Assembly: GCA_963920595.1 (NCBI GenBank)
Contig: OY986946.1
Span: 5,270,001-5,334,000, forward strand
Direction: 5' to 3'
DNA from: Eimeria praecox
Taxonomy: Eukaryota
Length of the DNA stretch: 64,000 bases
Under the pieces are notes generated by a model, which worked only from the letters and a program-made list of their open reading frames with translations, was not told the origin of the DNA and did not search any database. Positions 28,988 through 42,490 of the stretch are shown one piece after another (position 1 is the stretch's first letter; every line of letters begins with the position of its first letter). The position numbers and the translations under genes were made by a program.

Positions 28988-29123
28988 CATTTTTTGTTTC
29001 TGTTTCTGCTGCTGTCTCTGCTGCTGCTGCTGCTGCTGCTGCTGCTTCTGCTGCTTCTTATGCTGCTCTTTCTGCTGCATGCGTTTCTCCTGCTGCTGCT
29101 GTTGCTGCTGCTGCTGCTGTTGC

Positions 29124-29170
<47 letters not shown>

Positions 29171-29374
29171 CTGCTGTCTTGTCTTGTTTGTTCTGATCAG
29201 GGTGAAGGCATAGATATATACAGGACGGCCTCTATCTTGGGGTACTGTCTCCTGCCTGTTATCGGGATTGCTGTCTCCTCGCTTATCTTCAGAGACACAA
29301 CACTACGATTTGTTGCTGCGCTCTTGGGTGTATCGTGGGCGACATTCAGCGCATCCGCTCTGTTTGAAGCTGTA

Positions 29375-29413
<39 letters not shown>

Positions 29414-30062
29414 TAGATAGATATAGATAGATAGATATAGTTATAGATATAGATATAGATATAGATATAGATATAGATATAGATATAGATATAGATATAG
29501 ATATAGATATAGATATAGATATATAGATATACCCTGGAGAGACACCTCAAATATATTATATAATTGTCTTTTGCAGTCTGCGCGCTGTATATACACCTCA
29601 GATATTATATCTACTTGTCTTGTATGTTGGATATATACACCCTGGAGATACACCTCAAAAGCATTATTACTTTTATTTACAATCTATATCTATATCTATA
29701 TCTATATCTATATCTATATCTATATCTATATCTATATCTATATATCTATATCTATATCTGTATCTATATCTATATCTATATATCTATATCTATATGTATA
29801 TCTATATCTATATCTATATCTGTATCTATCTATCTGCCTATCTATCTATCTATCTATATATATATATATATTATAGATATATAGATATAGATCTATAGAT
29901 ATACGGTGTAGAGACAGACACCTGAGCAAAATCAACCCCACACATCTGCTGTATACCCTGCATTGTAGTGTACAGACACTGCAGCGACAGCAGATATGTG
30001 TGGGGCTGCCTCCAGGTGTATGTACAGCATATTTCGTAGCATACTGATGCCGAGGTCATGTC

Positions 30063-30136
<74 letters not shown>

Positions 30137-30247
30137 GTGGTGGGTTTGCTGCGGTTGCAGGCGTTGCTGCTAAAGGAGCAGCGTATGTTAGTGGGGTATC
30201 CTGTTTTTCTTCTGTATGCATCCTTTACGATCCTCACTCTCTTCTAG
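26192..30247 (+). CDS. Yip1-domain Golgi/ER membrane protein (YIPF5/Yip1-like), 7 exons: 26192-26968, 27171-27693, 27802-27862, 27954-28035, 28347-28433, 29201-29371, 30161-30247
   Basis: The spliced product has [56 protein letters not shown] and [10 protein letters not shown], all Yip1 signature motifs. Splice phases are consistent; long Q/P/G-rich N-terminus. Confidence 0.93.
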
Positions 30248-30549
30248 CCCTTCAATATTCCTTAATACATTTAAAAACAAACAAACAAACAAACACCACC
30301 ACCAGCAGCAGCAACAGCAGCAACAGCAGCAGCAACAGCAGCAGCAGCAGCAGCAACAGTAGTGGCAGCAAAGGAGGCGACGCCTCCCTCCCCGCCTTCT
30401 CCCCCTTCTCCCCCCCTCAAGAGAAGAAACAAAAACCTAAGGGGGCCCCCAAGGGGGCCCCCAAGGGGGCCCCTTGGGTTGAGGGCCCCCTTAGAACGTC
30501 CTGCACATAGAGTCAGCAACAGCAGCAGCAGCAACAGCAGCAGCAGCAA

Positions 30550-30584
<35 letters not shown>

Positions 30585-31372
30585 GCAGCACAGCGCATGC
30601 AGGCTTTGTCCTGTGTATCTTGTTTCTTATCTTCCTATTTCAAATATATTTAGGGTTTGCTTATTCTGCTGCAATGGGGGCCCCCAGGAGGGGCCCCTCC
30701 TGAGAGCAGCAGGTGCAGTAGTAGTAGTACCCTTGGGCCTCCAAATCCAAGGGCCCCCAAGGGGCCCCCTAGGGGCCCCCCTAAAGACCCTTTGGGTCCC
30801 CCTTTGGGGCCCCTTGGGGGCCCTCTGGGGGGCCCTCTGAGGGGCCCCCACAGGGGCCCCCAGGGGGGCCCCCCGAGGGGCCCTCTGGGGCTGCTTTCTG
30901 TTTTTGTTGAATGATTTGCATGCATCTCTGTGTTTTTATGATAAAACGCATTACCTTTGATAGGGAGAAAATCTACAAGTCGTACAAACGTAGACCTCAG
31001 GGGCCCCCAGGGGGGCCCCCCAGGGGGGCCCCCTGGGGGCCTCCACTAAGAAAACGGCAGAACGGTTGGGGGTTGGGGGCCCCCGTTACCTAAGAATGTG
31101 GTGGCAGCCGCAGGTACGCGGACGCCCTCCCCCTTTGTTGCTGCTGCTGCAGGTGCTGCTGCAGCTGGTGCTGCAGCAGCGAGGAGGGGTGCTGCCACAG
31201 CCATATTATCTGCTGCAGTTGTAAACATGAGGTACCTGAGCTTCATAGCTAGCTAGCTAGCTAGATAGATAGATAGATAGATAGACAGCTAGGAAGCTTG
31301 ATACCTAGCTGGCTAGCTAGCTAGCTAGCTAGCTAGCTAGCTAGCTAGCCAGCTAGGTATATAGGTAGCTAG

Positions 31373-31464
31373 CTATCGAGAGGCCGCTATAGTTTGTTCT
31401 GTGGTGGGATCTTCATTGGGGTTGCTGCAGCTACACCCGAAGAAGCTAGCGAGGAGCCCCCGCG

Positions 31465-31499
<35 letters not shown>

Positions 31500-31655
31500 T
31501 GCTGCTGCAGTTCAGTAACTAGGGTGTCTAGTCTCTCTACTTTCTCTTTAAGTGCTGCTATCTCCTGTCTCCGTTCTAGCATCAGCTGCTCGTGCTCCTG
31601 CTGCAGCTCCTCCTCTATTGCTGGCATGTCCTTGGGGTTTACTTGCTGCAGACAG

Positions 31656-31693
<38 letters not shown>

Positions 31694-32100
31694 ACAGCAG
31701 CAGCAGCAGGCCCGTGTTGCGGCTGCTTCGCCTGAGAAGAGGAGAATAAGGGGTTTCTATGCGTAGGATTAGGGTTTAGGGTTTAGGGTTTAGGGTTTAG
31801 GGTTTAGGGTTTGCTGCTCACGCCCGACAGCAGCTGTGTCTTCAGAGAGAGTTGCTGCAGCAGCAAAAGCAAAAGAAACACAAGAAAGACCCGCATGCAG
31901 CAGCAGCAGCAGCAGCAGCAGACCCCACAACTAGCAGCAGCAGCAGATTCCACAACCAGCAGCAGCAGCAGCAATAGCAACAACAGCAGCATAAGCAGCA
32001 CAAAGCAGCAGCAGCAGCACAACCACTCGCAGCAGCAGCTTCAGCAGCGGCAGCACAACCACTCGCAGCAGCAGCAGCAGCAGCAGCAGCACAACCACTC

Positions 32101-32141
<41 letters not shown>

Positions 32142-32392
32142 TGACGGCCTTGAGGACATTATTTTCTCTCTCCAGCTGCAGCACAACAAACAACATCTTG
32201 TTTCATCTTTGTCTTTGTCTTCTGTTCGCCTCTGTCTCCTTTTTTTATATTTAGGGTTTAGGGTTTAGGGTTTAGGGTTTAGGGTTTAGGGTTTAAGTAC
32301 ACGGGGTGTCTGTACACCTCAGGCCTAACTCGCTCTTCACAACTCACCTTCTTCATTTCCTTCTCCGCATCCACAAGCTGAACACACGCATG

Positions 32393-32427
<35 letters not shown>

Positions 32428-32493
32428 ACAGCAGCAGCAGCAATGTGAATGTCAGCACCAAGACCTGCAGCTCTTCTGCATGCAGCAACAGCA

Positions 32494-32526
<33 letters not shown>

Positions 32527-32612
32527 GCAGCAGCAGCAGCAAGAGCCTTAGATACAGTGACAGCTACTGCAATCCAAGCAGCACCACTACAGCAGCGAAC
32601 ATCAGCAAACAC

Positions 32613-32647
<35 letters not shown>

Positions 32648-32715
32648 GCAGCAAGCAGCAGTAGCAGCACCCTGCTGGCGAGGGTGCGTTCTCTCTGATT
32701 ATGTGGCGGGCTCAT
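31373..32715 (-). CDS. Small predicted coiled-coil protein, 136 aa, 5 exons: 32715-32671, 32377-32348, 32175-32146, 31854-31822, 31645-31373
   Basis: Non-repeat islands between CTG tracts are bounded by canonical GT/AG sites and all join in phase 0: MSPPHNQRERTLASR/LVDAEKEMKK/LERENNVLKA/QLSLKTQLLSG/QVNPKDMPAIEEELQQEHEQLMLERRQEIAALKEKVERLDTLVTEL...FFGCSCSNPNEDPTTEQTIAASR*. Confidence 0.75.
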
Positions 32716-32955
32716 CTTCCTTGAATATATCTCCTAAGCGAGGGTCTTTGTCTTGTGTATAAGGAGAGATACTACAGCAGAGCACCAGCTAGCTGTAGCT
32801 AGCTATGTAGCTGCAGCAGCAGCTAGCTGCATAGCTAGCTGCTGCAGCAGCAACAGCTGTTGAATCAACCTGACGCACCAGGTAACGTCAGGCTGCCCCC
32901 CAGCAAAGAAGCAGCCTCAAATAAACAACAGGAATATATATATACAAGCAGAAGT

Positions 32956-32996
<41 letters not shown>

Positions 32997-33238
32997 TATT
33001 GCTGATGCTCGGGCTAGCCAGGAGGGGGGGGGGGCCCCGGGCCTCAGCCCCCTGGGGGCCCTGTATGTGTGGGGCCCCCGCTAGCGTATAAATAGAATAA
33101 AATACAATTATAAATGCAGAAAATATATATTATTTAATTAATACAAAGAAGAGGAGGAGGGGGATAGCTACCCCCCTACGTGCTGCTGCTGTTATCGAGA
33201 GGCTCTTGGGGGGCCCCGGGCCCCCTATCAACTGAGCT

Positions 33239-33247
33239 ATGTACACT

Positions 33248-33293
<46 letters not shown>

Positions 33294-33406
33294 CGCTGCA
33301 GCAGCTGCAAGGAAATGTAGGAAGCAGCAACGAAGAGGAGCAGCAAATAACTCTCAGCCCCTGGTTGCTGCCGCAGGACCCGACCTGGGCAGCAGCAGAC
33401 GGATCG

Positions 33407-33440
<34 letters not shown>

Positions 33441-33865
33441 CTGGAGGAGGAGAGCCTGCTGCTGCTGCGGCTGCTGCTGCTCCCTTCGCAGCAGCAGAAG
33501 CAGCAGCAGCAGCAGGAGGAGGAGGAGGAGGAGGAGGAGGAGCAGCAGCAGCAGCAGCATGTCTAGGACAGAGTGAGAGCTGGTGGGGGGCCCCTGAGGA
33601 TGGGGCCCCCGACGGCGAGGCAGATGATTGGCTGCAGCAGGGGGGGCCCCCAGCCTCCGAGGGTATCTTCTCTTTCCTAAACCCGCAGCAAAGCCAGCAG
33701 CAGCAACAGCAGCAGCAGCAACAGCAACAGCAGCAGCAACAGCAGCAGCAACAGCAGCAGCAACAGCAGCAGCAGCAGCACAAACCTACTCCTACACAGA
33801 CACCCAGCACCTGTATCCCCACAACTATCAGCAGCAGTATCTCCAGCACTGTCCCCACCAGTATT

Positions 33866-33929
<64 letters not shown>

Positions 33930-34473
33930 GGTTGAGCCACCTAGAGCAGAAAGCTGTAGAACACTTTGCTGTTCTGTGTGGGGTTGAGGCTGTGCTGCAG
34001 CAGCAGCGGCAGCAGATATACGAGCAGCTGCAGCAGCAGCAGCAGCAGCTCCGTCGTTTATGTCGACAGCAGCAGCTGCAGCAGCAGATGCGTGAGAGCA
34101 GCCGCAACAGCAGCAAGCGAGGTGCTGCTGCAGGAGGCTCTGCTGCTTCGGGTGTATCTACAGCAGCAGCAAGACGAGCAGCACACCCTCTCACTAATGC
34201 TGAGGGCCTCCCTCTCCCTAGTAACAGGGATGCTTTGCTGCTGTGGCAGCAGCAGCAGCAGCAGCAGCAGATGCAGCTGTGCCCTAGCGGTAAGCTTAGG
34301 GTCTCTCCTGTCGTAGGTGCTGCTGCAGCACTGTGTAGCCTCCCCATAGAAACAACTGCAGCAGAAGCAGCAGCAGCTCGGCCTGCTGCTGCTGCTGCTT
34401 CTAGGGCTCTTGCTGCTCCTGCTGCTCTCCTTGCTAGACAGCTACATCTACACCGGGCGAGAAAGAAAACAAC

Positions 34474-34512
<39 letters not shown>

Positions 34513-34649
34513 AGCTGGTGCCTTAGAGGCGTTTGTGGGGTCCCCACGAATGATAGAAGGGGAGGAGACAGAAGCAGAAAGAAGAGACGATTTAAACGTA
34601 CAGGCTATCCTCTTGTCTCTCTTCAAACAGCAGGTTCGATTGTGCTGCT

Positions 34650-34683
<34 letters not shown>

Positions 34684-35083
34684 CTGCTGCTGCTGCTCTT
34701 GCTGCTGCTGCTGCTCTTGCTGCTGTTGCTGCTGCTGGTATTGCTGCTGCACTGTGCTCGCCGTGCTCCTGATGTCACTGCTGTTCATGCAACTGCTGCT
34801 GCTGCTGCTCTGCTGCTGTTGCTCTGCTGCTGCTGCTCTGCTGCTGCTGCTCTGCTGCTGCTGCTCTGTTGCTGCTGCTGCGGCTGTCCACTCCCCTAAT
34901 GCATGCCGTGCCCTTTTTGCGTTGCTGTATGCTGCTGTTGCTGCTGCTGCTGCTGTTGCTGCTGTTGCTGTTGCTGCAGCTGCAGCTGCACCTGGAAGAG
35001 CTACAGATTGCGCCTCAAGCAGTTGCTGCTACCTTTCATGCTGCTCGTTGGCCCCCCGGATCTCTCTATGACCTTCAAGGAAC

Positions 35084-35136
<53 letters not shown>

Positions 35137-35275
35137 TTGCGGTGTACAGGCAGCAGCCGCAGCAGCAGCAGCAGCAACAGGAAGACGATACGTGTACACT
35201 CCATCCTGCCAGGCTGCTGCAGGGGATTCGATGGCTGCTGCATGCAGCAGGACAGGGAGCCTATGCTGCTGAACT

Positions 35276-35307
<32 letters not shown>

Positions 35308-35465
35308 GAAGACACAGGAAGGTACCTACACTTGCTGCTCTGCTGCGGCGTGTTAGTAATGCTGTTGCAGCTGCAGCGCCACCGTCCCTCAGGCTCTCTC
35401 CTGCTGACTGTCTCCTCCGTTTTATAAATACAACTCCTACGAAGGCAGCACTACAACGCATGCAG

Positions 35466-35506
<41 letters not shown>

Positions 35507-35593
35507 GCAGCTTCAGCTGCAGCTGCTGCACCAGGCAGCAGGCGATAACACTTCTCTGAGCCTCCAAAGACAAACAGATCAGCTAAGTCTGCT

Positions 35594-35627
<34 letters not shown>

Positions 35628-35688
35628 GACAATGCAGCAGATTTGGCTGCGCTGCAGCTGCAGCATGCCCGTGCAGCGATCGAACGCT

Positions 35689-35723
<35 letters not shown>

Positions 35724-36366
35724 CAAGCTCTCAAGGCAGTGGCTCAAGAAGGCAGCGGCAACTCAGCAGCAACAGCAGCAGCAGCAGCAACAGCAGCAAC
35801 AGCAGCAGCAGCAGCAGCAGGAAAGCCTGAAGGGTGTGGGGTAGACTTTCTATCTATGGCGGCATACAGCGATATTCCTATGCCTCCGTTTGTTATATTT
35901 CAAGTGTACGTACAGCTGCAGCAGCAGCAGCAGCAACTGCTGCTGCGACGGGAGTGGACAGCAGCAGAAGATGAGCTGCTGCTTGCTGCTGCTGCTGCAG
36001 TGCAGCAGACACCCCGCAGCAGCAACAGATGGATCCGTGTTGCTGCACGAGTCCCTGGTAGAAACAACAATCAATGTAGAGCGAGATTCAAATACCTACA
36101 AGTGGTTTGTACAAACCCTAAACCCTAAACCCTAAAACCCCTAAAACCCCTAAACCCCCTAAACCCTTAAACCCTAAAACCCTAAACCCTCTAAACCCTA
36201 AAACCCTAAACCCTAAACCCGAAACCGTAAACCGTAAACCCTAAACCCCTAAAACTCTAAACCCTAAACCCTAAACCCTAAGACCTTATTATACCCTAAA
36301 CCCTAAAACCCTAAACCCCCTAAACCCTAAACCCTATAAACCCTTCGTTGGAAGGTGCAGCAGCGG

Positions 36367-36442
<76 letters not shown>

Positions 36443-36686
36443 ATGTGTCTCCTTTGTTTGTATTAGGAGACAAAGCGTCACGGTTTGTTTACTCCGGTTG
36501 AAGATTTGCTGCTGCAGCTTCTCGTGTCTGCTTACGGATCGTCCTCGTGGAATCGAGCAGCAATACACCTGAGGGGGCGGACGGAGATGAAGTGTAGAGA
36601 AAGGTGTACAGACACCCCACACAATGTCCTGCTGCTGCTGATGTTGATGCTGTTGTTGCTGATGATGCTGGCGTTGTTGTTGCTGC

Positions 36687-36717
<31 letters not shown>

Positions 36718-36815
36718 ATTGCTGCTGGTGTTGCTGTTGCTGCTGCTGCAGCTTCCACATGCTGCTGCTGCTCCTGCTGCTATTTCTGCTGCTTTGGTTG
36801 GAAAGTACCTCCTCT

Positions 36816-36847
<32 letters not shown>

Positions 36848-36925
36848 TTGTATCTCCACTTGCAGCAGCAGCAACGGCAGCAGCAGCAGCAGGTGCTGCT
36901 GCTGTTGTGGGGTGTATGCATACAG

Positions 36926-37021
<96 letters not shown>

Positions 37022-38136
37022 GTGCAGGTATCAACACTGTCTATCCCCTTGTAAGACTCCTATGCCTTGGACAGCAGCAGAAGAGGCGAGGCTACGAGCA
37101 GCAGCAGCGTGCTTCCATCGTGATTGGGGTAGAGCTGCTGTACGTCCGGTGTATGTACACCTCATAGGGGTGTCTCCTTCAGACTGTGTATACTCTTATG
37201 GAGAATATACATATAGTGTTCTATATATTATACATTATAGATTATATAATGTATAATGTTATATAATATTATATATATATATATATATAATTTAATATAT
37301 AGCATTTGCCTCATTTTGTGTCTTGTCGGTACTTTCTGTCTTCTGTCTCCTGCTCTCTCTCCTTCTGTCTCCTTTTATTTGTGTGTCTGTCTCCTTTCTA
37401 TCTGTCTCCTTGTATCTATCTCTTCCTATCTGTCTGTTGTTATCTATCCCTTCGTATCTTTCTATTTTTATTTGTGTCTCCTCTTACCTGTCTCCTTTTA
37501 TTTGTCTGTCTCCTTTCATCTGTCTCCTCGTTGCTGCATGCAGGAGCTGCTGCCGGGTCGAACAGCAGCAGACTGTGTGCAGCGCTTTCAGCTTATGGAG
37601 GCGCAAGCCGAGGCGACTCGTGCTGCTTTGCTGCTGTTTGCGTCTTGGAGCAGCAGCAGCAGCAACAGCAGCAACAGCAGCAGCAGCAGCAGCAGCAACA
37701 GCAGTGTTGAAGCCTGGATACAAGCACACCTGCTGCACTTGTATGCAACACTCCGTCGGGGTGTCTCTGCTTCCTCTTGGCCTTCTGTGTCTGCAGATGT
37801 GTCTCCTCAGGAGCAGCAGCAGCAGCTGCTGCTGCTGCAGCAGCAACCCGCGCTGCTGCTGCTTGATACAGGGCCTCCTCTCTGTCCCCTCTCTGGGGCA
37901 GCTCGAGCTGCATGCGCAGCAAACCTGGCGTTATTCTCCCTGTGGGTGCTGCTGTTGCTGCTGCTCGTGCTGTTGCTGTTGCTGCTGCTCGTTCTGCTGC
38001 TGCTGCTGGTTGCTGCTGCTGCTTGTGCTGGTGTTGCTGCTGCTGTTGCTGCTGCAGCTGTTGCTGCTTGATTGTGCTGCTGCTGCATTTGTGTGTTTGT
38101 TATATGTTCAGTCATTTGGAAGATCTGCAGCGGGTG

Positions 38137-38168
<32 letters not shown>

Positions 38169-38349
38169 ATCCCCAGCTGCAGCAGCAACTGCTGCTGCTG
38201 CTGCTGCTGCTGGTGGTGGCGTTGGAGGAGACAGTGGAGATACGGAGACAGCATGCCAGTTTTTATTTTCGGAGCTGCTCCGTATATTTTGTCTCTCTCG
38301 CGTAGACTGTTTGTGTTATCGTTCTCAGCTGCAAGCCTTCCGTGAAGTG

Positions 38350-38385
<36 letters not shown>

Positions 38386-39251
38386 CCTCAGCAGCATAGC
38401 AGCAGCAGCAGGGGGGGGCCCCTTCCCCCCCTCGAGGCCCTTCATCCAGGGCCCCAGCCCTTCTGGGGACAGCCAGGAGACCCTGTCCCTTGTCTTACTC
38501 GTCTCCTGCTGCTGTACAGACACTCGAAACAGGTAACAGATGTGGGGGCCCCTCTGCAGCTGCCTTGGATGCCCTATGGGGGCCCCACGATGGGGGGGGG
38601 CCCCACAGTAGGGGGCCCCCTCCATAATAGAGAGGGTACTGGGGTGGGGGGGGCCCCCTCCAGCAGCCTCTCACAGAAACAGGAGACAGTCTCCACAAGG
38701 AGACAACGCATGCAGCTGCCAGCCCCACTGCTTAGTGCAGCCTTCCGCAGCAATGTTGCTGCTGCGGCGCTGCTGCGGCAAGCCTCAGCTGCAGCACAAG
38801 ACCCAGGGGCCCCCGAGTATGCTGCAGCAGCAGCAGCAGCAGAGGAAGCTGCTGCAGCTCTGGCTCCTACCCTGTGGCTGTCAACAGCAAATGCATCTCC
38901 TTCAATAGTTGCTGGAGGGGCCCCCTCAGCAGCAGCAGCAACAGCAGCAGCAACAGCAGCAGCAGCAACAGCTGCAGCAGGAGCTGGAGCTGCAGCAGTA
39001 GAGGGCTCGGAGACAAGGATCGGGGGGCCCCACGGGGGGGGGGCCCTCACCGAGGGGCCCCCCAATGGTGTTGTGGAGACAGTTGATTGTCCTGCGGCGA
39101 GTGGTGAGGTGTCTCCTCACATCTCAGGTGCCAGTGAAGAGGTGCCTATACACCGGAGATGTGTCTCCTCGAAGCAGCAAGTTAGAAGAAGTAGGGGAAG
39201 GCCCCCACGTCGACGAGGCGGCAGCACACGGGGGACACTACGAGACAAGTC

Positions 39252-39284
<33 letters not shown>

Positions 39285-40128
39285 AGCAGCAGCAGCAGCA
39301 GAAGAAGAAGAAGAAGAAGAAGAGACAGAAGGGGACAGATCCGGAGGCAGCAGCAACGAAGAATGGTGTCTCCATAGCCGTCAAAGAAAGAGACAGAAGA
39401 CAGGGGCCCCTGCAAGACGTTCTAAGGTTGTTAGAAGAGTAGCTGTCCGTACACCCCAAATGCAGCAACAGCAGCAGCAGCAGCAGCAGCATGTAGCTGC
39501 AGATACACCTGAAAAAGGGACAATGAGGCATACACCTCAAAGAAGAAATAGCCGCTTACAAACAAGAAAGATAAACAAAACAAAAGCTGCTGCTGGTAGA
39601 GACTGCAGCCCCCCGCCTGTCCCCAACAATACGCAGCAGCCTCATGCTGCTGCTGCTGCTGCTCCTGCTGCTGCTGCTGCAGAACCCGCAGCAGCAGCAG
39701 CAGCAGCTCCTGATGTTTCTGCAGTACAGATGATAGCAGATGGTGCTGCAGGTGCAAATGCTGCTGCTGCTGCTGCTGCTGCAGGTATGCTGACGGATGG
39801 AGTACCAGAAGCAGCAACAGCAACAGGCACAGCAGCAGCAGCAGCAGACACTGCAGCAGCAGCAGCAGACACTGCAGCAGCAGCAGCAGGCACTGCAGCA
39901 GCATGCACTGTAGCAGCAGCAACAGGCACTGCAGCAGCAGGAAGCACAGCAGCCGCAGGAGCAGCAGCAGACACCCCAACAGCAGCACCAGACACAGCAG
40001 CAGCAGCAGCAGCAGACACAGCAGCAGCAGCAGCAGCAGACACAGCAGCAATAGTAGAGACGGCTTCTGATGCCGGCATTTTCCCAAATCTGTTTGGAGA
40101 CGAAGGAGCAGCAGCAGAAGACAGCTAG
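33239..40128 (+). CDS. Multi-Myb-repeat DNA-binding protein, possibly SNAPC4/SNAP190-like; exons approx. 33239-34633, 34980-36101, 36467-36603, 37028-37139, 37544-37941, 38112-40128
   Basis: Three Myb repeats appear after splicing: WTAAEDELL..WIRVAARVPGRNNNQCRARF; FTPVEDLLL..YGSSSWNRAAIHLRGRTEMKCRERY; WTAAEEARL..DWGRAAELLPGRTAADCVQRF. Phases are consistent. Exon 2 boundaries are ambiguous by a codon or two. Confidence 0.85.
36113..36345. repeat. Degenerate (AAACCCT)n tract; further tracts at ~27720-27940, 28278-28326, 31768-31812, 32250-32294, 40298-40482, 46058-46087, 46963-47170, 55314-55383
   Basis: Read directly. Confidence 0.9.
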
Positions 40129-40177
40129 GTGTCTCCTAAGGAGACACCTCAGGTGCTGCAGCTAGCTGCAAATATGT

Positions 40178-40220
<43 letters not shown>

Positions 40221-40750
40221 CGGCGATGCCGGTTAGGTAGCAGTTCAGCTATCCGGCGCCGCATCCGAAGCCTCAACTTCTGAAGCACTTAAATCGTGGT
40301 TTAGGGTTTAGGGTTTAGGGTTTAGGGTCTAGGGTTTAGGGTTTAGGGTTTAGGGTCTAGGGTTTAGGGTCTAGGGTTTAGGGTTGAAGCACTTAAATTG
40401 TGGTTTAGGGTTTAGGGTCTAGGGTTTAGGGTTTAGGGTTTAGGGTCTAGGGTCTAGGGTTTAGGGTTTAGGGTTTAGGGTTTTGATAAGTTATCTACAA
40501 ATAGAGAGACAGCTCTAAACGAACGAGAGACTCTGAAGCCTCAAAGCCTGCAAACAGGTTGGCTGCTACTGCTGCTGCAGCAGCAGCAGCAGTTGCTGCT
40601 GCTGCTGCTGCTGGGCATACAGGTGTTGCAGCGGTTGCTGCTGCAGCAGTTGCTGCTGCAGTGGTTGCTGCTGCAGCGATTGCTGCTGCAGCAATTGCTG
40701 CTGCAGCGGTTGCTGCTCGTACAGTTGCCAATGCTGCTGCTGTTGCTGCA

Positions 40751-40920
40751 GCTGCCGGTGTTGCTGCTGCAGCTGCCGGTGTTGCTGCTGCAGCTGCCGG
40801 TGTTGCTGCTGCAGCTGCCGGTGTTGCTGCTGCAGCTGCCGGTGTTGCTGCTGCAGCTGCCGGTGTTGCTGCTGCAGCTGCCGGTGTTGCTGCTGCAGCT
40901 GCCGGTGTTGCTGCTGCCGG
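40751..40920. repeat. 21-bp tandem repeat (gctgccggtgttgctgctgca) x ~8
   Basis: Read directly. A related 18-21 bp gccgactctgctgct array lies at ~41157-41305. Confidence 0.9.
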
Positions 40921-40971
40921 ATCTGCTGTTGCTGCTGCCAGCTCTGCTGTTGCTGTTGCTGCTGCTGCTGT

Positions 40972-41006
<35 letters not shown>

Positions 41007-41362
41007 CTGTTGCTGCCCCAGCAGTTGCTGCTGTGGCCTCCGTTGCTCTTGATGCCGGCGTTGCTGCTGCAGCTTCCACTTGTGCTGTTTGTACAGCTAT
41101 CTTTGTTGCTACTGTTGCTGCTGCTGCTGCTGCTGTTGCTGCTGCTGTTGCTGCTGCCGACTCTGGCGGTGCTGCCGACTCTGCTGCTGCTGCTGCCGAC
41201 TCTGCTGCTGCTGCTGCTGCCGACTCTGCTGCTGCTGCTGCCGACTCTGCTGCTGCTGCTGCCGACTCCGCTGCTGCTGCTGCCGACTCTGCTGCTGCTG
41301 CCGACACTGTTGCTGCTGCTGTCGACTGCTGGTGCTGCTGTCGACTGCTGCTGCTGCTGCCG

Positions 41363-41394
<32 letters not shown>

Positions 41395-41736
41395 CCCGCG
41401 TGCAGCGGTAGCGTTGTGCTGCTGCCTTCTGTCTTTGATTATCTGTATATTAATATGTTGAGTAGGAGATAAATAAAAATAAAAAATAAAAACACAAATA
41501 TATATTAAATAAACAGCAGGAGACACAGCAGGTCTTCGTACCCCCTTCAGTGTTGCTGTCTCCTCGGCAGCAGCAGCAGCAGCTAGTGAGGCTTATCAAG
41601 AAGAGTATAGCAGGGCTGCAGCAGAAGAAATAGCTGCTGCTGCTATTGCTGCTGCTGCTGTTGCTGCTGTTGCTGCTGTTGCTGCTGCTGCTGTTGCTGC
41701 AGCCGAAGTCCTTCGTCTCCCGTCGGAGGAACCAGC

Positions 41737-41774
<38 letters not shown>

Positions 41775-41868
41775 GTTGCTGCTGCTGCTGTCTGTCTGTC
41801 TGTCCCTTCAAGGGTTGAAAGAGTTAGTTGATAATGTTGTATCTGAAGAATAGGATGAGTTTTGCTGC

Positions 41869-41909
<41 letters not shown>

Positions 41910-42490
41910 TTTGTAGCGTCGGCAGCAGCAAGAGCAGCAGCAATCGATGGGTGCTTGGTAGCTGCTGATAAGAAACTCTAGTGTATGTATGAGGTATTAA
42001 TGTTGTTAAAAATAAATAAAATAAATAAATAAGAATATAAAATAAATAAATAATAAATAAAAACAACAACAACAGCAGCAGCAACAGCAGCAGCAGCAGC
42101 AGCAGCAGTTTGTTGAGGGTGTCGATTGTGGGTGAGTGACACCGGAAAGAAGTAACCCTCGAATATAGGCTATCGGGCATCAAATAACAACTAAATTGTA
42201 TGAAATTTGAATTATTTTTAATTTTAAATATATTTAAAATATAAAAAATATAAAATTATATACAAAATAGTTTTTAAAATGAAGAAAAGTAGCTACAAAC
42301 AACGCTAGTTTCAGCTATGAGCTAACTCGATCGCAGCTAGCAAGTGTATATACACTGCGTTTCTGCTGCTGCAGTTGCGATTCTATCTAAGCAATAAATA
42401 AATATATATATAAAAACTTCTTCTTCTCTCCTCTTTCTCACTATTTCTTCTCTATCGCCACACATAATATCCTCCATATAATAAAAGAAA

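Noticed and set aside
31646..31731. Alternative acceptor extending the last exon of the microexon gene
   Set aside because: Out of phase with the upstream exons and reaches a stop; the 31645 acceptor fits.
33247..34788. 513-aa antisense ORF overlapping the Myb gene
   Set aside because: Mirror of CAG-rich sense coding sequence with no independent motif.
40751..40920. CRISPR-like array
   Set aside because: Units are directly adjacent with no unique spacers; eukaryotic context and no cas genes.
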